Shown here piece after piece: positions 27,763 through 39,009 of a DNA stretch of 64,000 bases (position 1 is the stretch's first letter; every line of letters begins with the position of its first letter). The position numbers were made by a program, and so were the translations under genes. The notes under the pieces are model-generated. The model saw only the letters and a program-made list of their open reading frames with translations. It did no database searches and had not been told where the DNA came from. This stretch comes from an uncultured Nitrospiraceae bacterium (GTDB taxonomy: Bacteria > Nitrospirota > Nitrospiria > Nitrospirales > Nitrospiraceae): positions 1,184,001 through 1,248,000 of the forward strand of contig CAWJWJ010000002.1 of NCBI GenBank assembly GCA_963846575.1, in the 5' to 3' direction.

Positions 27763-30700
27763 CGAACACAGCGGAACAGGGTGACGGGAGTCAGGCCGGT
27801 GGAGGGTTGGACATCGCCGTAGTCGGGATGGCCGGGCGGTTTCCCGGCGCGCGGAATCTGGAGTCGTTCTGGCAGAACCTCCGGGACGGCATCGAGTCGG
27901 TCTCCACGCTCAGCCGGGAAGACCTGCTGGAGTCCGGGGTGGATGAGCAGGTCCTCGATCGGCCGAATTATGTGAGGGCCCGGGCGTTGCTCGATGACGT
28001 GGATCTTTTTGACGCCAGGTTGTTCAACATGACCCCGAACGAAGCCGCCAGCATGGATCCGCAGCAACGTCTGTTGCTTGAGTGTGCCTGGGAGACGCTC
28101 GAGCAGGCGGGTTATGACCCGGAGCAGTACGGCGGGACGATCGGCGTTTATGCGGGATCGAGCAGTAGCGGCTATCTATTCAACCTGTTTCCCCGCCGGA
28201 CGCTTCTCCAGTCGGCAGCCGACATGTCGGCGATGCTGGGGGTGGAAAAGGATGCCCTCTCGACGCGCGTCTCGTACAAATTGAATCTGGAAGGGCCGAG
28301 TCTGGCCGTGCAAACGGCCTGCTCGACGTCCCTGGTCGCAGTCCATCTGGCCTGCCAGGGCCTCTTGAGCGGTGAGTGCGACATGGCCTTGGCAGGCGGC
28401 GTGTCGGTCACGGTGCCGCAGAAAGTCGGCTATCTCTACCAGGAGGGCGGCATCGTCTCGCCGGATGGTCATTGCCGCGCCTTTGATGCCGACGCTCAAG
28501 GAACCGTCGGAGGAAGCGGCGTCGGACTCGTCCTGCTGAAGCGACGGCAGGAAGCGGAAGCCGACGGCGATCAGGTGCTGGCCATCATCAAGGGCTCCGC
28601 CATCAATAACGACGGCGCGGCAAAGGTCGGCTATACGGCTCCCCGGATCGAAGGGCAGGCCAAGGTCATCAAGGCCGCGCATCTGGCGGCCGGTGTGACG
28701 CCGGAATCGATCTCCTATGTGGAGGCCCATGGGACAGGGACTCCGATGGGCGATCCCATTGAAGTCGCGGCCTTGACGCAGGCCTTTCGGGCCTCCACGG
28801 ACCGCAGCGGTTTTTGTGCGCTCGGCTCCGTGAAGACGAATATCGGTCATCTGGATGCCGCCGCCGGAATTGCCGGACTCATCAAGACCATCCTGGCACT
28901 CTCCCACCGGCAGATCCCGGCCAGTTTGCATTACGTGCGATCGAATCCCGCGATCGATTTTGCACAGACTCCGTTTTATGTGAATGCGGCACTGAAGGCA
29001 TGGCCACGCGGTGATAACCTGCGACGGGCCGGCGTCAGTTCGTTCGGATTGGGCGGAACGAACGCGCATGTGGTGCTCGAAGAAGCCTCTCCTGCCGGCA
29101 GGGCTCAGTCCCCGGCGCGGGATTCCGGCTCTCAGCTCCTGGTGTTGTCTGCAGGGTCGGAGAGGGCCTTGAGCCAAGCGACGGACCGTCTCGCCGCGCA
29201 TCTTGGCAACCATCCGGATCTTTCCCTGGCCGACGTCGCGCACACGCTTCAGGCGGGCCGCAAAGCACTTCCCTACAGGCGGTGGGTGGTGGCAACCCGG
29301 ACGGCTCAGGCCGCGGAGTTGCTTGCCCGGCCGGGGCTTGCGGGTGCCACGTCCGGCCCTGTCGGCGGCGGGCGGCGGGCGGCGTTCATGTTTTCCGGAC
29401 AGGGCGCGCAATATCCGGGCATGGGGCAGGCGCTGTATGCGGAGCAGTCGGTGTTCCGCGAGCAGGTGGATCTGTGCGCCTCTCTGTTGCAGCGACAACT
29501 GGGGCGTGACATCCGGTCGATTCTCTTCGCGAACCGCCCGGAGGACCAGGACCTCATTCACCAAACGGTGCTGACTCAGCCGGCGTTGTTCGTCTTTGAG
29601 TATGCTCTTGCCCGGCTGTGGATGAGCTGGGGAGTTATCCCCTGCGCCATGATCGGACATAGCCTGGGGGAATACGTAGCCGCTTGTTTGTCAGGAGTCT
29701 TTTCCCTGGAAGACGCGTTGGCGGTCGTGGCTCGGCGGGGGCGGCTCATGCAGGACACGGTTCCGGGAACCATGCTGGCCGTTCCACTCGCCGAGTCGGA
29801 AGTAGCGCCGTTCCTTCGCGCGGGAGTCGACCTCGCGGCAGTGAATGCTCCCGCCCAATGCGTGTTGTCCGGCCATGAGGAGTCCCTCGCCGCGCTGGAT
29901 CAGGAGTTGACGGCCCGGGGCATCAAGAGCCGTCGGCTGCGGACATCGCACGCGTTTCATTCCTCCACGATGGATTCCGTGTTGAAACCGTTTGAATCGT
30001 TTCTTGCCGGCCTCACGATGCATCCCCCTCGAATCCCCTGGGTTTCAAATGTGACCGCCGGGTGGATTCACCGTGATCAGGCGGTGGACCCGCGCTACTG
30101 GGCACGTCATCTGCGCTCGACGGTCCGGTTTTCGGATGGCATCAAGACCCTGCTGGAGCAGGGCGGGCCGATCCTGCTCGAAGTCGGACCAGGCCGCACG
30201 TTGCAGCACCTGGCCCGGCGGCACGCGGGGCAGACCGGACTGTCCGCGGTGGCCTCCTTGAATGGAGCCGGACCGGCCAGCTCCGGGCAGCCTGAGATGT
30301 CCGCCCTGCTGACGACGCTCGGATCACTCTGGGGAGCCGGTGTCTGCCCCGATTGGAACGGTTTGTACGCGGGAGAACCGCGCCGCCGGGTGCCGCTTCC
30401 GACCTATCCGTTCGAACGGCAGCGTTATTGGGTGGAACCTGATTCATCTCATGCAGGCCGGAAGACGGAGCGGTCCGACAGACGCCTCGACATGTCGAGA
30501 TGGGCCTATCAGCCCTCATGGAAGCGATCAGTGTTAGGGGGAGGCAGCCACGCCCGTCCGCAGGAACAGTGGCTTGTCTTCGTGGAGGAACCGCGCGTCG
30601 GGATGGCCTTGGTGAATCACCTGAATACGCTGGGGCACCAGGTCACGACCGTGCTGGCGGGACAGGCCTTCGAACGGCGCGACGGCGATACCTACCTCGT

Positions 30701-32327
30701 TCGCGCCGATTCTCGGGAAGACCATGATCGGCTCCTGCGGGATCTGAAGACGCGGGGACGGCTACCCTCCAACATCGTGCAGGCCTGGACGATCGGCGAA
30801 GAAACTCCAGCCGCCCCTGCGACGGTGCAATTCAACGGGGCTCAAGAAAAAGGATTTTTTCATCTGCTGCTTCTTGCACAGGTGTTCGGACGGCGGCGCG
30901 GAGAAGGGTGTTCGATCCTGGTGCTGTCTCAGGGCCTTCACGATGTCACCGGTCGTGAGCGGTTGCGCCCGGAACAGGCGACTCTGCTGGCGGCCTGCCG
31001 TGTGATTCCCCAGGAATACCCCCGCCTGACCTGCCGCCTGCTCGACCTCGACGACCACGACGTCGCGCACACCCTCTCGGAGGCATCCTGCCACCGGCTG
31101 ACGGCTGAGGTCGGTGCTCCGGCAGGCGAGGCAATCGTCGCCTATCGGGGACCGCACCGCTGGGTGCAGACATTCGAACCACTGCCTCTGCCGGAAGGGA
31201 AACCCATGTCCGGCCTGTTGCGAGAAGGAGGCGTTTATCTGATCACGGGAGGGCTTGGCGGGGTCGGACTCGCCCTGGCGGACTACCTGATCCGCACCCT
31301 GCAGGCCCGCGTCATTCTGACCAGCCGGTCGCTGCCGAATGGTGAGCAACAAGAGGTGCTAGCCGGGCTCGAACGACTGGGCGGGAAGGTCTTGCCGCTT
31401 CAAGCCGATGTCGCCGATCTCCCTCAGATGCGTGCGGCGATTGCGGAAGCCGGGCAACGATTCGGGTCCATCCATGGGGTATTCCATGCCGCTGCGGTTG
31501 CCGGCGGCGGCCTCATTGATCGAACCACTCCGGAATCCGTCCGGGATGAATTCCGTCCGAAGGTCGCGGGGGCCTTGGTGCTGGAAGAGGCGCTACGGGA
31601 GGCCCCTCCGGAGTTCGTGCTGTTCTGTTCCTCGTTGACGGCCGTGGTGGGTGGGATCGGGCAGGTCGCCTCTTGCGCGGCCAATGCTTTCCTGGACGCC
31701 ATGGCGCATGCCAGCACGAGCGCACGCATGCCTGTCCTGTCGGTGAATTTCGACCGTTGGTCTCAGGTCGGCATGGCGGTGCAGGCCGAGGCTCGCATGA
31801 AGGCCCTGGGATTGAGCGACGAGGCGTTGGATGGGATGAGCCGTCGGGAGGGACAGGACGTTGTCCATCGGATCCTTCAGGGAGCGGCCCTGCCGCAGGT
31901 CGTGGTCTCCATTCGAGAGTTGTCGACCGTTGCGACCTCGGTCACTCAACTGGCCTTGGCTCAATTTCACGGGCCTGATCAGACGGCGGGACACGATGTG
32001 GCTCCGTCAGCGACCATCGCGGAGGGACAGGACGTGTCGGAGCAGGAAGTGGCCCGGCTCTGGCAACAGTTGTTGGGCATCGATCGGGTGGGGGTGGACG
32101 AGGATTTTTTCCGATTGGGTGGGGAGTCCTTGAGCGCGCTGCAGATCTTGAATCGCGTCCAGGAACGCTTCGGGGTCGAACTGTCGCTGAGGGATTTTTA
32201 CGCCGCGCCGACCGTGCAGGGCTTGACGCAGCAGATTCGCGGGGCACGCAGCGCCGGGGAACAGCCTGAAGTGAAACTCCTGCCGCTCCCGCGAGAGGCC
32301 CGGCGTCTACGGGGAGCCTCCGTATGA
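27759..32327 (+). CDS. type I PKS module KS-AT(malonyl)-KR-ACP
   Basis: KS: TACSTS, HGTGT, NIGH. AT: GHSLG and HAFH. KR: GGLGGVG. ACP: GGESL. Confidence 0.95.
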   Translation: MTNTAEQGDGSQAGGGLDIAVVGMAGRFPGARNLESFWQNLRDGIESVSTLSREDLLESGVDEQVLDRPNYVRARALLDDVDLFDARLFNMTPNEAASMDPQQRLLLECAWETLEQAGYDPEQYGGTIGVYAGSSSSGYLFNLFPRRTLLQSAADMSAMLGVEKDALSTRVSYKLNLEGPSLAVQTACSTSLVAVHLACQGLLSGECDMALAGGVSVTVPQKVGYLYQEGGIVSPDGHCRAFDADAQGTVGGSGVGLVLLKRRQEAEADGDQVLAIIKGSAINNDGAAKVGYTAPRIEGQAKVIKAAHLAAGVTPESISYVEAHGTGTPMGDPIEVAALTQAFRASTDRSGFCALGSVKTNIGHLDAAAGIAGLIKTILALSHRQIPASLHYVRSNPAIDFAQTPFYVNAALKAWPRGDNLRRAGVSSFGLGGTNAHVVLEEASPAGRAQSPARDSGSQLLVLSAGSERALSQATDRLAAHLGNHPDLSLADVAHTLQAGRKALPYRRWVVATRTAQAAELLARPGLAGATSGPVGGGRRAAFMFSGQGAQYPGMGQALYAEQSVFREQVDLCASLLQRQLGRDIRSILFANRPEDQDLIHQTVLTQPALFVFEYALARLWMSWGVIPCAMIGHSLGEYVAACLSGVFSLEDALAVVARRGRLMQDTVPGTMLAVPLAESEVAPFLRAGVDLAAVNAPAQCVLSGHEESLAALDQELTARGIKSRRLRTSHAFHSSTMDSVLKPFESFLAGLTMHPPRIPWVSNVTAGWIHRDQAVDPRYWARHLRSTVRFSDGIKTLLEQGGPILLEVGPGRTLQHLARRHAGQTGLSAVASLNGAGPASSGQPEMSALLTTLGSLWGAGVCPDWNGLYAGEPRRRVPLPTYPFERQRYWVEPDSSHAGRKTERSDRRLDMSRWAYQPSWKRSVLGGGSHARPQEQWLVFVEEPRVGMALVNHLNTLGHQVTTVLAGQAFERRDGDTYLVRADSREDHDRLLRDLKTRGRLPSNIVQAWTIGEETPAAPATVQFNGAQEKGFFHLLLLAQVFGRRRGEGCSILVLSQGLHDVTGRERLRPEQATLLAACRVIPQEYPRLTCRLLDLDDHDVAHTLSEASCHRLTAEVGAPAGEAIVAYRGPHRWVQTFEPLPLPEGKPMSGLLREGGVYLITGGLGGVGLALADYLIRTLQARVILTSRSLPNGEQQEVLAGLERLGGKVLPLQADVADLPQMRAAIAEAGQRFGSIHGVFHAAAVAGGGLIDRTTPESVRDEFRPKVAGALVLEEALREAPPEFVLFCSSLTAVVGGIGQVASCAANAFLDAMAHASTSARMPVLSVNFDRWSQVGMAVQAEARMKALGLSDEALDGMSRREGQDVVHRILQGAALPQVVVSIRELSTVATSVTQLALAQFHGPDQTAGHDVAPSATIAEGQDVSEQEVARLWQQLLGIDRVGVDEDFFRLGGESLSALQILNRVQERFGVELSLRDFYAAPTVQGLTQQIRGARSAGEQPEVKLLPLPREARRLRGASV

Positions 32328-32367
32328 CGCAGTGCATGAACGAATGTGCAGCGGGAGACGGGATGCG

Positions 32368-34104
32368 ATGAGCCTTTTCCGGTTTCTGATTCGGATTTCC
32401 TGGCGGCTGCTGCTCTGTTCCATGGCGGCTGGCGTGGTCAGCGGTCTGGCGGGCGCCGCCATCATCGCGGTCATCCATAAGACCATGAACGGAAGCGACG
32501 TCTCGTCCTCGCTGGCGTGGGGGTTTGTCGCACTGGCCCTCCTGGTGGCTGCGTCGAAAGCGCTCTCTGAAATCCTGCTGACCAGACTCGGCCAAAGCAC
32601 CATTGCGCACGTACGGATGCAACTCAGCCGCGGCATCCTGGAGGCGCCACTTCGCCAGGTCGAGGAGCTGGGCCATCCTCGATTGCTGGCTGCCCTGACC
32701 GACGACACGGATGTCATCGCGCAGGCCTATGTGCAACTGCCGCTGATCTGCGTCAACGTGGCGACGACGGTCGGCTGCCTCGCCTATCTGGGGTGGCTCT
32801 CGTGGCCGATGCTCCTGCTCGTCCTGGCCTGTATGCTGCTCGGCACCGTCACCTTTCAGCTGCAGGAACGACGCGCCTTACGGTTCTTCACCAGCGCGCG
32901 CGACACCAACGACAGCCTCTTCCGGCATTTCAGGTCCATCATGGCGGGGATCAAGGAACTCAAGCTGCACCGGTCACGGCGGCGCGAATTTCTCGACCTG
33001 GCGCTCCAGCGGACGGTCGACTCCTACCAGCGCGACTTCACGCGCGGGATGACCGTCTATTCCATCGCGTCAAGCTGGGGCGCGTTGCTCTTCTATGCCG
33101 TCATCGCAGTCGTCCTCTTCATCTGGCCATCCTGGCAGCCACTGCCCCTGGAGACCGTCGTCGGTGCCGCCCTGGTGCTCCTGTACATGATGGGTCCGTT
33201 TTCGCAGATCGTCGAATTGCTGCCGGGCGTCGGACGGGCCAACGTCGCGCTGCGGAAAATCGAAACGCTCGGATTGTCGCTGGCCGCCTCCAGTGTGGCC
33301 GGAGGTGACGGGGAGCGGCAGCGCCGCGCGCCGGGGATCGATCCGGTCGGATGGCGGAGGCTCCAATTGTCCGGCATCACGCACCGGTATGCCCGTGAAG
33401 CGGAGGACTCCAGCTTTTCCATGGGACCGGTCGACCTCGATTTTGCTCCCGGTGAAGTGACGTTTCTCATCGGAGGAAACGGCAGCGGCAAGACCACGCT
33501 GGCCATGGTGCTGCTGGGACTCTATTCACCCGAGTCGGGGACGATCCGCCTCGACGGTGTCGAGATCGATGAGTCCAACCGGGACGAGTACCGGCAGTTG
33601 TTTTCGACGGTGCTCTCGGATTTTTACCTGTTCGAGAGTCTGCTGGGAATCCGGAAAGCCGCACTCGATGCGGAAGCCCTCGCCTATTTGGAGCGATTGC
33701 AGCTGCGATCCAGGGTGCGGATTGAACGGGGTGTGTTCTCGACCCAGGCGCTTTCCCAGGGACAGCGGAAACGGCTCGCCCTGTTGACGGCCTATGTCGA
33801 AGACCGGCCCTTCTACGTCTTTGATGAATGGGCGGCTGATCAGGATCCATTGTTTCGCAGGGTCTTTTATACGGAACTGCTGCCTGACCTGAAAGCACGA
33901 GGCAAGACGGTGCTCGTGATTACGCACGACGATCAATATTTTTCGGTCGCCGACCGGTGCGTGCGGATGGATTACGGCCGGATCGTGACGGTGTCCAGGC
34001 CCGGCGGCACGTTTGACGAGCCGGACTGTGTCCTGTCGCATCCCGGTCATGCGGGCCCCGATCCGGTGCGCCGGGATTCATTGTCAAAGGAGAAGCAGTT
34101 ATGA
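32368..34104 (+). CDS. cyclic-peptide/siderophore export ABC transporter (PvdE/SyrD family)
   Basis: TM domain plus GGNGSGKTT, LSQGQRKRLAL and DEWAADQDP motifs. Confidence 0.93.
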   Translation: MSLFRFLIRISWRLLLCSMAAGVVSGLAGAAIIAVIHKTMNGSDVSSSLAWGFVALALLVAASKALSEILLTRLGQSTIAHVRMQLSRGILEAPLRQVEELGHPRLLAALTDDTDVIAQAYVQLPLICVNVATTVGCLAYLGWLSWPMLLLVLACMLLGTVTFQLQERRALRFFTSARDTNDSLFRHFRSIMAGIKELKLHRSRRREFLDLALQRTVDSYQRDFTRGMTVYSIASSWGALLFYAVIAVVLFIWPSWQPLPLETVVGAALVLLYMMGPFSQIVELLPGVGRANVALRKIETLGLSLAASSVAGGDGERQRRAPGIDPVGWRRLQLSGITHRYAREAEDSSFSMGPVDLDFAPGEVTFLIGGNGSGKTTLAMVLLGLYSPESGTIRLDGVEIDESNRDEYRQLFSTVLSDFYLFESLLGIRKAALDAEALAYLERLQLRSRVRIERGVFSTQALSQGQRKRLALLTAYVEDRPFYVFDEWAADQDPLFRRVFYTELLPDLKARGKTVLVITHDDQYFSVADRCVRMDYGRIVTVSRPGGTFDEPDCVLSHPGHAGPDPVRRDSLSKEKQL

Positions 34105-35507
34105 CGGCTCATGTCGACGAGATGTGGCAGGCAATTCCGACCGGCGTCACGCCTCCCATCGAACAGCCCGGGACCAATCCCTATTTGGAGCGGCAGGCCC
34201 TGAGAGAATCGAATGCGCGCAGTTATCCCCGGCGGCTGCCGTTGGCGCTCAGCAAGGGCAAAGGCATTTACGTTCAGGATGTCGAGGGCCGGACCTATAT
34301 CGATTGCCTGGCTTGCGCCGGAGCCCTGGCCCTCGGGCACAACCATCCCGTCGTGGTGGAGGCGATCAATCGAATGCTGCGGGACGGCCTGCCGTTCCAA
34401 ACGTTGGATTTGACGACTCCCGCCAAGGATCGCTTCGTCGAGCGGCTGTTCGGCTCCCTGCCGGAGAAATTCGCCGACGGCGCGAAAATCCAGTTCTGTG
34501 GTCCGTCCGGTGCGGACGCCGTCGAGGCCGCGATCAAGCTGGTCAAGATCGCGCGTGAACGGCGGTCCATCCTCGCCTTCCAGGGCGCCTATCACGGGAT
34601 GACGCATGGCACGTTGGGACTGACGGGTCATCTGGCTCCGAAACATGCCGTGAGCGGGCTCATGCCCGATGTTCATTTCCTGCCCTATCCCTATGCCTAT
34701 CGTTGCCCGTTCGGCGTCGGCGGCGAAGAAGGGTCTCGTCTTTCCAGTGCCTATATCGAACGATTGCTGGACGACCCCAACAGCGGAATCGTCGAACCGG
34801 CCGGCATGATCCTGGAGGTCATCCAGGGCGAAGGAGGTGTCGTGCCCGCGTCACTGAGCTGGCTGCGGGACATCCGCCGTATCACAGGGGAACGGGGGAT
34901 TCCGCTGATCGTGGATGAAGTGCAAACCGGCTTGGGCCGCACGGGCTCGCTCTACGCATTCGAGCAGGCCGACATCGTGCCGGATGTCGTCGTGTTGTCG
35001 AAGGCGATCGGCGGCGGCCTGCCGTTGAGCGTGGTGGTGTACCGGCCGGAACTGGATCGGTGGACGGCGGGGGCCCATGCGGGCACCTTCCGGGGAAACC
35101 AACTGGCCATGGCCACCGGAGAGGCCACCATCGAATTCGTCTGCCGCGAGCGGTTGGACGTTCATGCGGCCAGGATGGGTGAACGCTTGATGAGCCACCT
35201 GCATCGCATCCAGGCAGAGGCGCGAAGCCTCGGTGATGTGCGGGGCCGCGGCCTGATGATCGGGGTGGAGATCGTCAATACCGGCGAGTCGCCGGATCGA
35301 TCGGGGGCGTTCGCCGCTGCGCCGGCAGTGGCGAGCCGCATCCAGCAGGAAGCGTTGCGCCGCGGGCTGATTCTCGAACTCGGCGGCCGGAACAACAGCG
35401 TGGTGCGATTCCTGTCGCCGTTAATCGTGACGGCGGATGACATCGACAGGATCTCGACGATCTTTTCCGAAGCCGTGAGAGCGGCGGAGCGGGAGTGCGC
35501 TGCATGA
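34101..35507 (+). CDS. diaminobutyrate--2-oxoglutarate transaminase (PvdH/Dat family)
   Basis: ESNARSYPRRLP, DEVQTG.GRTG, SKAIGG and HAGTFRGNQ motifs. Fits the Dab-specific modules. Confidence 0.93.
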   Translation: MTAHVDEMWQAIPTGVTPPIEQPGTNPYLERQALRESNARSYPRRLPLALSKGKGIYVQDVEGRTYIDCLACAGALALGHNHPVVVEAINRMLRDGLPFQTLDLTTPAKDRFVERLFGSLPEKFADGAKIQFCGPSGADAVEAAIKLVKIARERRSILAFQGAYHGMTHGTLGLTGHLAPKHAVSGLMPDVHFLPYPYAYRCPFGVGGEEGSRLSSAYIERLLDDPNSGIVEPAGMILEVIQGEGGVVPASLSWLRDIRRITGERGIPLIVDEVQTGLGRTGSLYAFEQADIVPDVVVLSKAIGGGLPLSVVVYRPELDRWTAGAHAGTFRGNQLAMATGEATIEFVCRERLDVHAARMGERLMSHLHRIQAEARSLGDVRGRGLMIGVEIVNTGESPDRSGAFAAAPAVASRIQQEALRRGLILELGGRNNSVVRFLSPLIVTADDIDRISTIFSEAVRAAERECAA

Positions 35508-37897
35508 CGATCGTTCGTCTCCTGTGCATGGCCATTGCGGTGATCCTGACCGGCGGGATCGGGTGGGGCGTGATGGTGCTATGCGGCTCACTGCCGGCTC
35601 TGGACGGCCGGATCACGGTGGCGGAACTGCAGGCGGCGGTGACGGTGACGTCCGACGACCGGGGCATTCCCGTGATTGCGGCCGGCTCCCGGAGCGATGC
35701 CCTGAGGGCGCTGGGATTCGTGACCGCGCGCGATCGACTGTTTCAGATGGACCTGTTGCGTCGAAGCAGCGCCGGACGGCTGGCGGAGATATTCGGACAG
35801 CCGGCCCTCGACATGGATGTGAAGCAGCGCACGATCGGGTTCGCGCAGGTGGCGGAGGGCATCATGCGTCGCCTCCCGGGCGAGCAGCAAGCGGCATTGG
35901 AGGCCTATGCAGAGGGCGTCAACGCATTCCTCACGGGGATGAACAGGCCTCCGTTCGAGTGTGTGATGCTCGGGTATCGGCCTGCAATGTGGCGGCCGGA
36001 AGACAGTTTGCTGGTGGTGCTGGGCATGTTTCAAATGCTGAACGGCTCGGACGACGACGAACGCATGCGCACCATCATGCACGCGACCCTTCCAGCCGAC
36101 GTCTCGACCTTTCTGATCCCCACCATTGATCCATACACGGACCGCCTCCTGCATGGAACGGATACGCCACTCGTGCAGCGCCCGGTGCCGGTGCAGAGTC
36201 TGGCAGGGCTGCGGCGGCCCGCCGATCAGATTCGTTCGTCTCAGATATCGGTGGTCCGGCTGGATACACCCGTCGCGGGATCGAATGCCTGGGCGGTCGG
36301 GGGAGGCCGGACGACTGACGGGCGCGCGATTCTCGCCAACGACATGCATCTGGATGTCGCCGTGCCCAATATCTGGTACCGCGTGCAGCTTCGTTATCAG
36401 GATGTCGAGATGGCCGGGATGGTCGTGCCGGGCATTCCCGTGATGATTGCGGGCTCGAATGGTCACGTGGCCTGGGGATTGACCAATGTGGAAGGGGATT
36501 TTCTGGACTTGGTGCGGCTGGAACTCAATCCCCACCAGGACCAGGAATACGCGACGCCGGACGGGTGGCGGCCCTTCGCGATCCGGCGGGAGACGATTAC
36601 CGTTAAGGGCGGTGAGACCCGGGCTCTGGAGGTGAAGGAGACGATCTGGGGTCCCCTGTCAGCCGAACCGCTGCTCGGCCGGCCGGTGGCGATGCACTGG
36701 ACCGCCCTCGATCCGGAGGCGGTGGATGTGGGGTTGGTACATATGGATCGCGCCCGCTCGCTGTCGGAAGCGCTCTCCGTCCTCAACCGCGCCGCGGGGC
36801 CCGGCAATAACGTGTTGCTGGCGGACGCCGATGGTCACATCGCATGGACCTATACCGGTCGCATCCCCATCCGCCGGGGATTCGACGGTTCCGTCAGTGT
36901 GTCCTGGGCGGATGGCCGAGCCGGTTGGTCCGGATTCATCGCGCCGCATCAGATGCCGCGCATCGTGGATCCTCCCGCCGGCTTCCTCGTCAGCGCGAAC
37001 CAACGCATGCTGGCGGAGGACTCTCCCTATCTCATCGGCCATGCATTCGCCGGTGGCTACCGGGCCTATCGTATTACGGAGCGGTTGCGCATGCTGCGGC
37101 CGGCCCGCGAACCGGATCTTCTGGCCCTTCAATTGGACACGACCACGGAGGTCTATGAATTTTACCGGGCGCTGGTGGAGCGGTTGCTGAGCCCGGACGT
37201 GCTGCGGGAGAAACCCCATCTGGCGGACGTCCATCGCGTTGTCCGTGCATGGAGTGGAAGGGCTGATGCGGACAGCACGGGGTTCGGGCTGTTGGTGGCC
37301 TTCAGAAAATCATTGGCGCAGTCGGTCTTCACGCCCTTTTTGGCTGTGTGCCGCGAGCAGGACGAGCGATTCGTCTACGACGGTGATCTGGACACCCCCT
37401 TGCGAGCCATTCTGGCGGCGCAGGCGCCGCCGCTCCTGCCTGATCCTGAACAGTACCGGGACTGGAATGCATTTCTTCTGCACGTCCTGGAACGACGAGT
37501 CGAGGAGTTGATGGCGGAACATGGCGCCCCGACCGTGGATGCATTGACCTGGGGATCCATGAACCGCGTGCAGATCACGCACCCGTTGGCCGAGGCGCTC
37601 CCGGGGCTGGGCCTGCTGTTGAACATGCCGCAGGAGGACGCTCCGGGCTGCAGTCAATGCGTGCGGGTCGTGAGCGGAAGCCTGGTGGCCAGCCAACGCA
37701 TGGTCGTGTCTCCCGGTCGTCACGGAGATGGAATCCTCCATATGCCGGGCGGGCAGTCCGGGCACCCCTTGTCGCCGCACTATCGTGACCAGCATCCCTA
37801 TTGGAGCCAAGGCCTTTCTTCACCGTTATTGGCGGGACCGGCGGTCCATCACCTCGTGCTGACTCCCGCCTCCGCGCAGGCCCTGCAATCGATGTAA
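35504..37897 (+). CDS. penicillin acylase-family Ntn hydrolase (PvdQ-like)
   Basis: N-terminal anchor, [16 protein letters not shown] catalytic Ser, ANDMHL and GGQSGHP motifs. Confidence 0.92.
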   Translation: MTIVRLLCMAIAVILTGGIGWGVMVLCGSLPALDGRITVAELQAAVTVTSDDRGIPVIAAGSRSDALRALGFVTARDRLFQMDLLRRSSAGRLAEIFGQPALDMDVKQRTIGFAQVAEGIMRRLPGEQQAALEAYAEGVNAFLTGMNRPPFECVMLGYRPAMWRPEDSLLVVLGMFQMLNGSDDDERMRTIMHATLPADVSTFLIPTIDPYTDRLLHGTDTPLVQRPVPVQSLAGLRRPADQIRSSQISVVRLDTPVAGSNAWAVGGGRTTDGRAILANDMHLDVAVPNIWYRVQLRYQDVEMAGMVVPGIPVMIAGSNGHVAWGLTNVEGDFLDLVRLELNPHQDQEYATPDGWRPFAIRRETITVKGGETRALEVKETIWGPLSAEPLLGRPVAMHWTALDPEAVDVGLVHMDRARSLSEALSVLNRAAGPGNNVLLADADGHIAWTYTGRIPIRRGFDGSVSVSWADGRAGWSGFIAPHQMPRIVDPPAGFLVSANQRMLAEDSPYLIGHAFAGGYRAYRITERLRMLRPAREPDLLALQLDTTTEVYEFYRALVERLLSPDVLREKPHLADVHRVVRAWSGRADADSTGFGLLVAFRKSLAQSVFTPFLAVCREQDERFVYDGDLDTPLRAILAAQAPPLLPDPEQYRDWNAFLLHVLERRVEELMAEHGAPTVDALTWGSMNRVQITHPLAEALPGLGLLLNMPQEDAPGCSQCVRVVSGSLVASQRMVVSPGRHGDGILHMPGGQSGHPLSPHYRDQHPYWSQGLSSPLLAGPAVHHLVLTPASAQALQSM

Positions 37898-37920
37898 CCC
37901 TAACCCGAGGAGGAGACGCC

Positions 37921-38160
37921 ATGGTACAGGACGAACGCGAAGACACGACGATCTACAAGGTAGTGGTGAATCATGAAGAGCAATATTCCATCTGGCCCTC
38001 CTATCGGGACAATCCCCTCGGGTGGACGGACGCGGGGAAAACCGGGCTCAAGGATGAGTGTCTGGAATACATCAAGGAGGTCTGGACGGACATGCGGCCG
38101 TTGAGTTTGCGGAAGTGGATGGCGGAGCAGGCGGACGATAAGACGGCCTCCTCATGCTGA
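37921..38160 (+). CDS. mbtH: MbtH-like protein
   Basis: [13 protein letters not shown]...GW...[16 protein letters not shown], with a GAGGAG RBS. Confidence 0.97.
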   Translation: MVQDEREDTTIYKVVVNHEEQYSIWPSYRDNPLGWTDAGKTGLKDECLEYIKEVWTDMRPLSLRKWMAEQADDKTASSC

Positions 38161-38978
38161 GCGCCGCGCGAGCACAACCCTGGATCGTCACCTGCCGCGA
38201 AGCGGCGGGGCCTCGATTGGTCTGCATCCCGTACGCCGGCGGGGGACCGTCGGTGTTCCGTGGGTGGCCGCAGCATCTTCCGGAGGACATCGAACTCTGC
38301 GCCGTGCATTTGCCCGGCCGGGAGGCGCGCATGGGCGAGGCGCCGATCAGAGATCTCACACGGCTGGTCGGGGACCTCGCGGAGGTGATCGAGCCCTGTC
38401 TCGACAGGCCGCTCGCGTTCTTCGGGCACAGCATCGGCGCGCTGATTGCGTTCGAACTCGCGCGCGAAATCCGCCGCCGTTACGGAGCGACGCCGGTGCA
38501 TCTCTTCGTGTCGGGCTGCCCCGCGCCGCACCTGCCCGATCCGGACCCGCTTCATGATCTACCGGAGGACGACTTTCTGGAGCGCATGCGCCGATTCAAC
38601 GGAACTCCACGGGAGGTGCTGGAACATCCGGAAATGATGCAACTCATGCTCCCGGCGCTGCGAGCGGATTTTTCCTTGCGCGACACCTATGCGCATGCCG
38701 CGGAACATCCCTTGAGCTGTCCGATTTCCGCCCTGGGCGGAATGCGTGACGACTGCGTCGGCACGGAACAGATGGACCCATGGAGGGAGCATACCTCCGG
38801 AACATTTCAGTTGTGGTTGTTCCAAGGCGACCACTTCTTTCTGCGGACCGCTCAGGCCGCCGTGGTCGAATGCCTGGCTGCGGCATTGCGCCATCAAGGG
38901 AAGGAGGAGGGGATCGTCCTGCAGACAGGGACTCTGCCGCAGGCGGCGAACAGCGAAGGAGTGCGTCAACCGGGCTGA
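38154..38978 (+). CDS. type II thioesterase
   Basis: PYAGG, GHSIG and GDHFFL motifs. Confidence 0.93.
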   Translation: MLSAARAQPWIVTCREAAGPRLVCIPYAGGGPSVFRGWPQHLPEDIELCAVHLPGREARMGEAPIRDLTRLVGDLAEVIEPCLDRPLAFFGHSIGALIAFELAREIRRRYGATPVHLFVSGCPAPHLPDPDPLHDLPEDDFLERMRRFNGTPREVLEHPEMMQLMLPALRADFSLRDTYAHAAEHPLSCPISALGGMRDDCVGTEQMDPWREHTSGTFQLWLFQGDHFFLRTAQAAVVECLAAALRHQGKEEGIVLQTGTLPQAANSEGVRQPG

Positions 38979-39009
38979 GGAGTATGAACGATGATCGGGA
39001 GGTGTGGAC

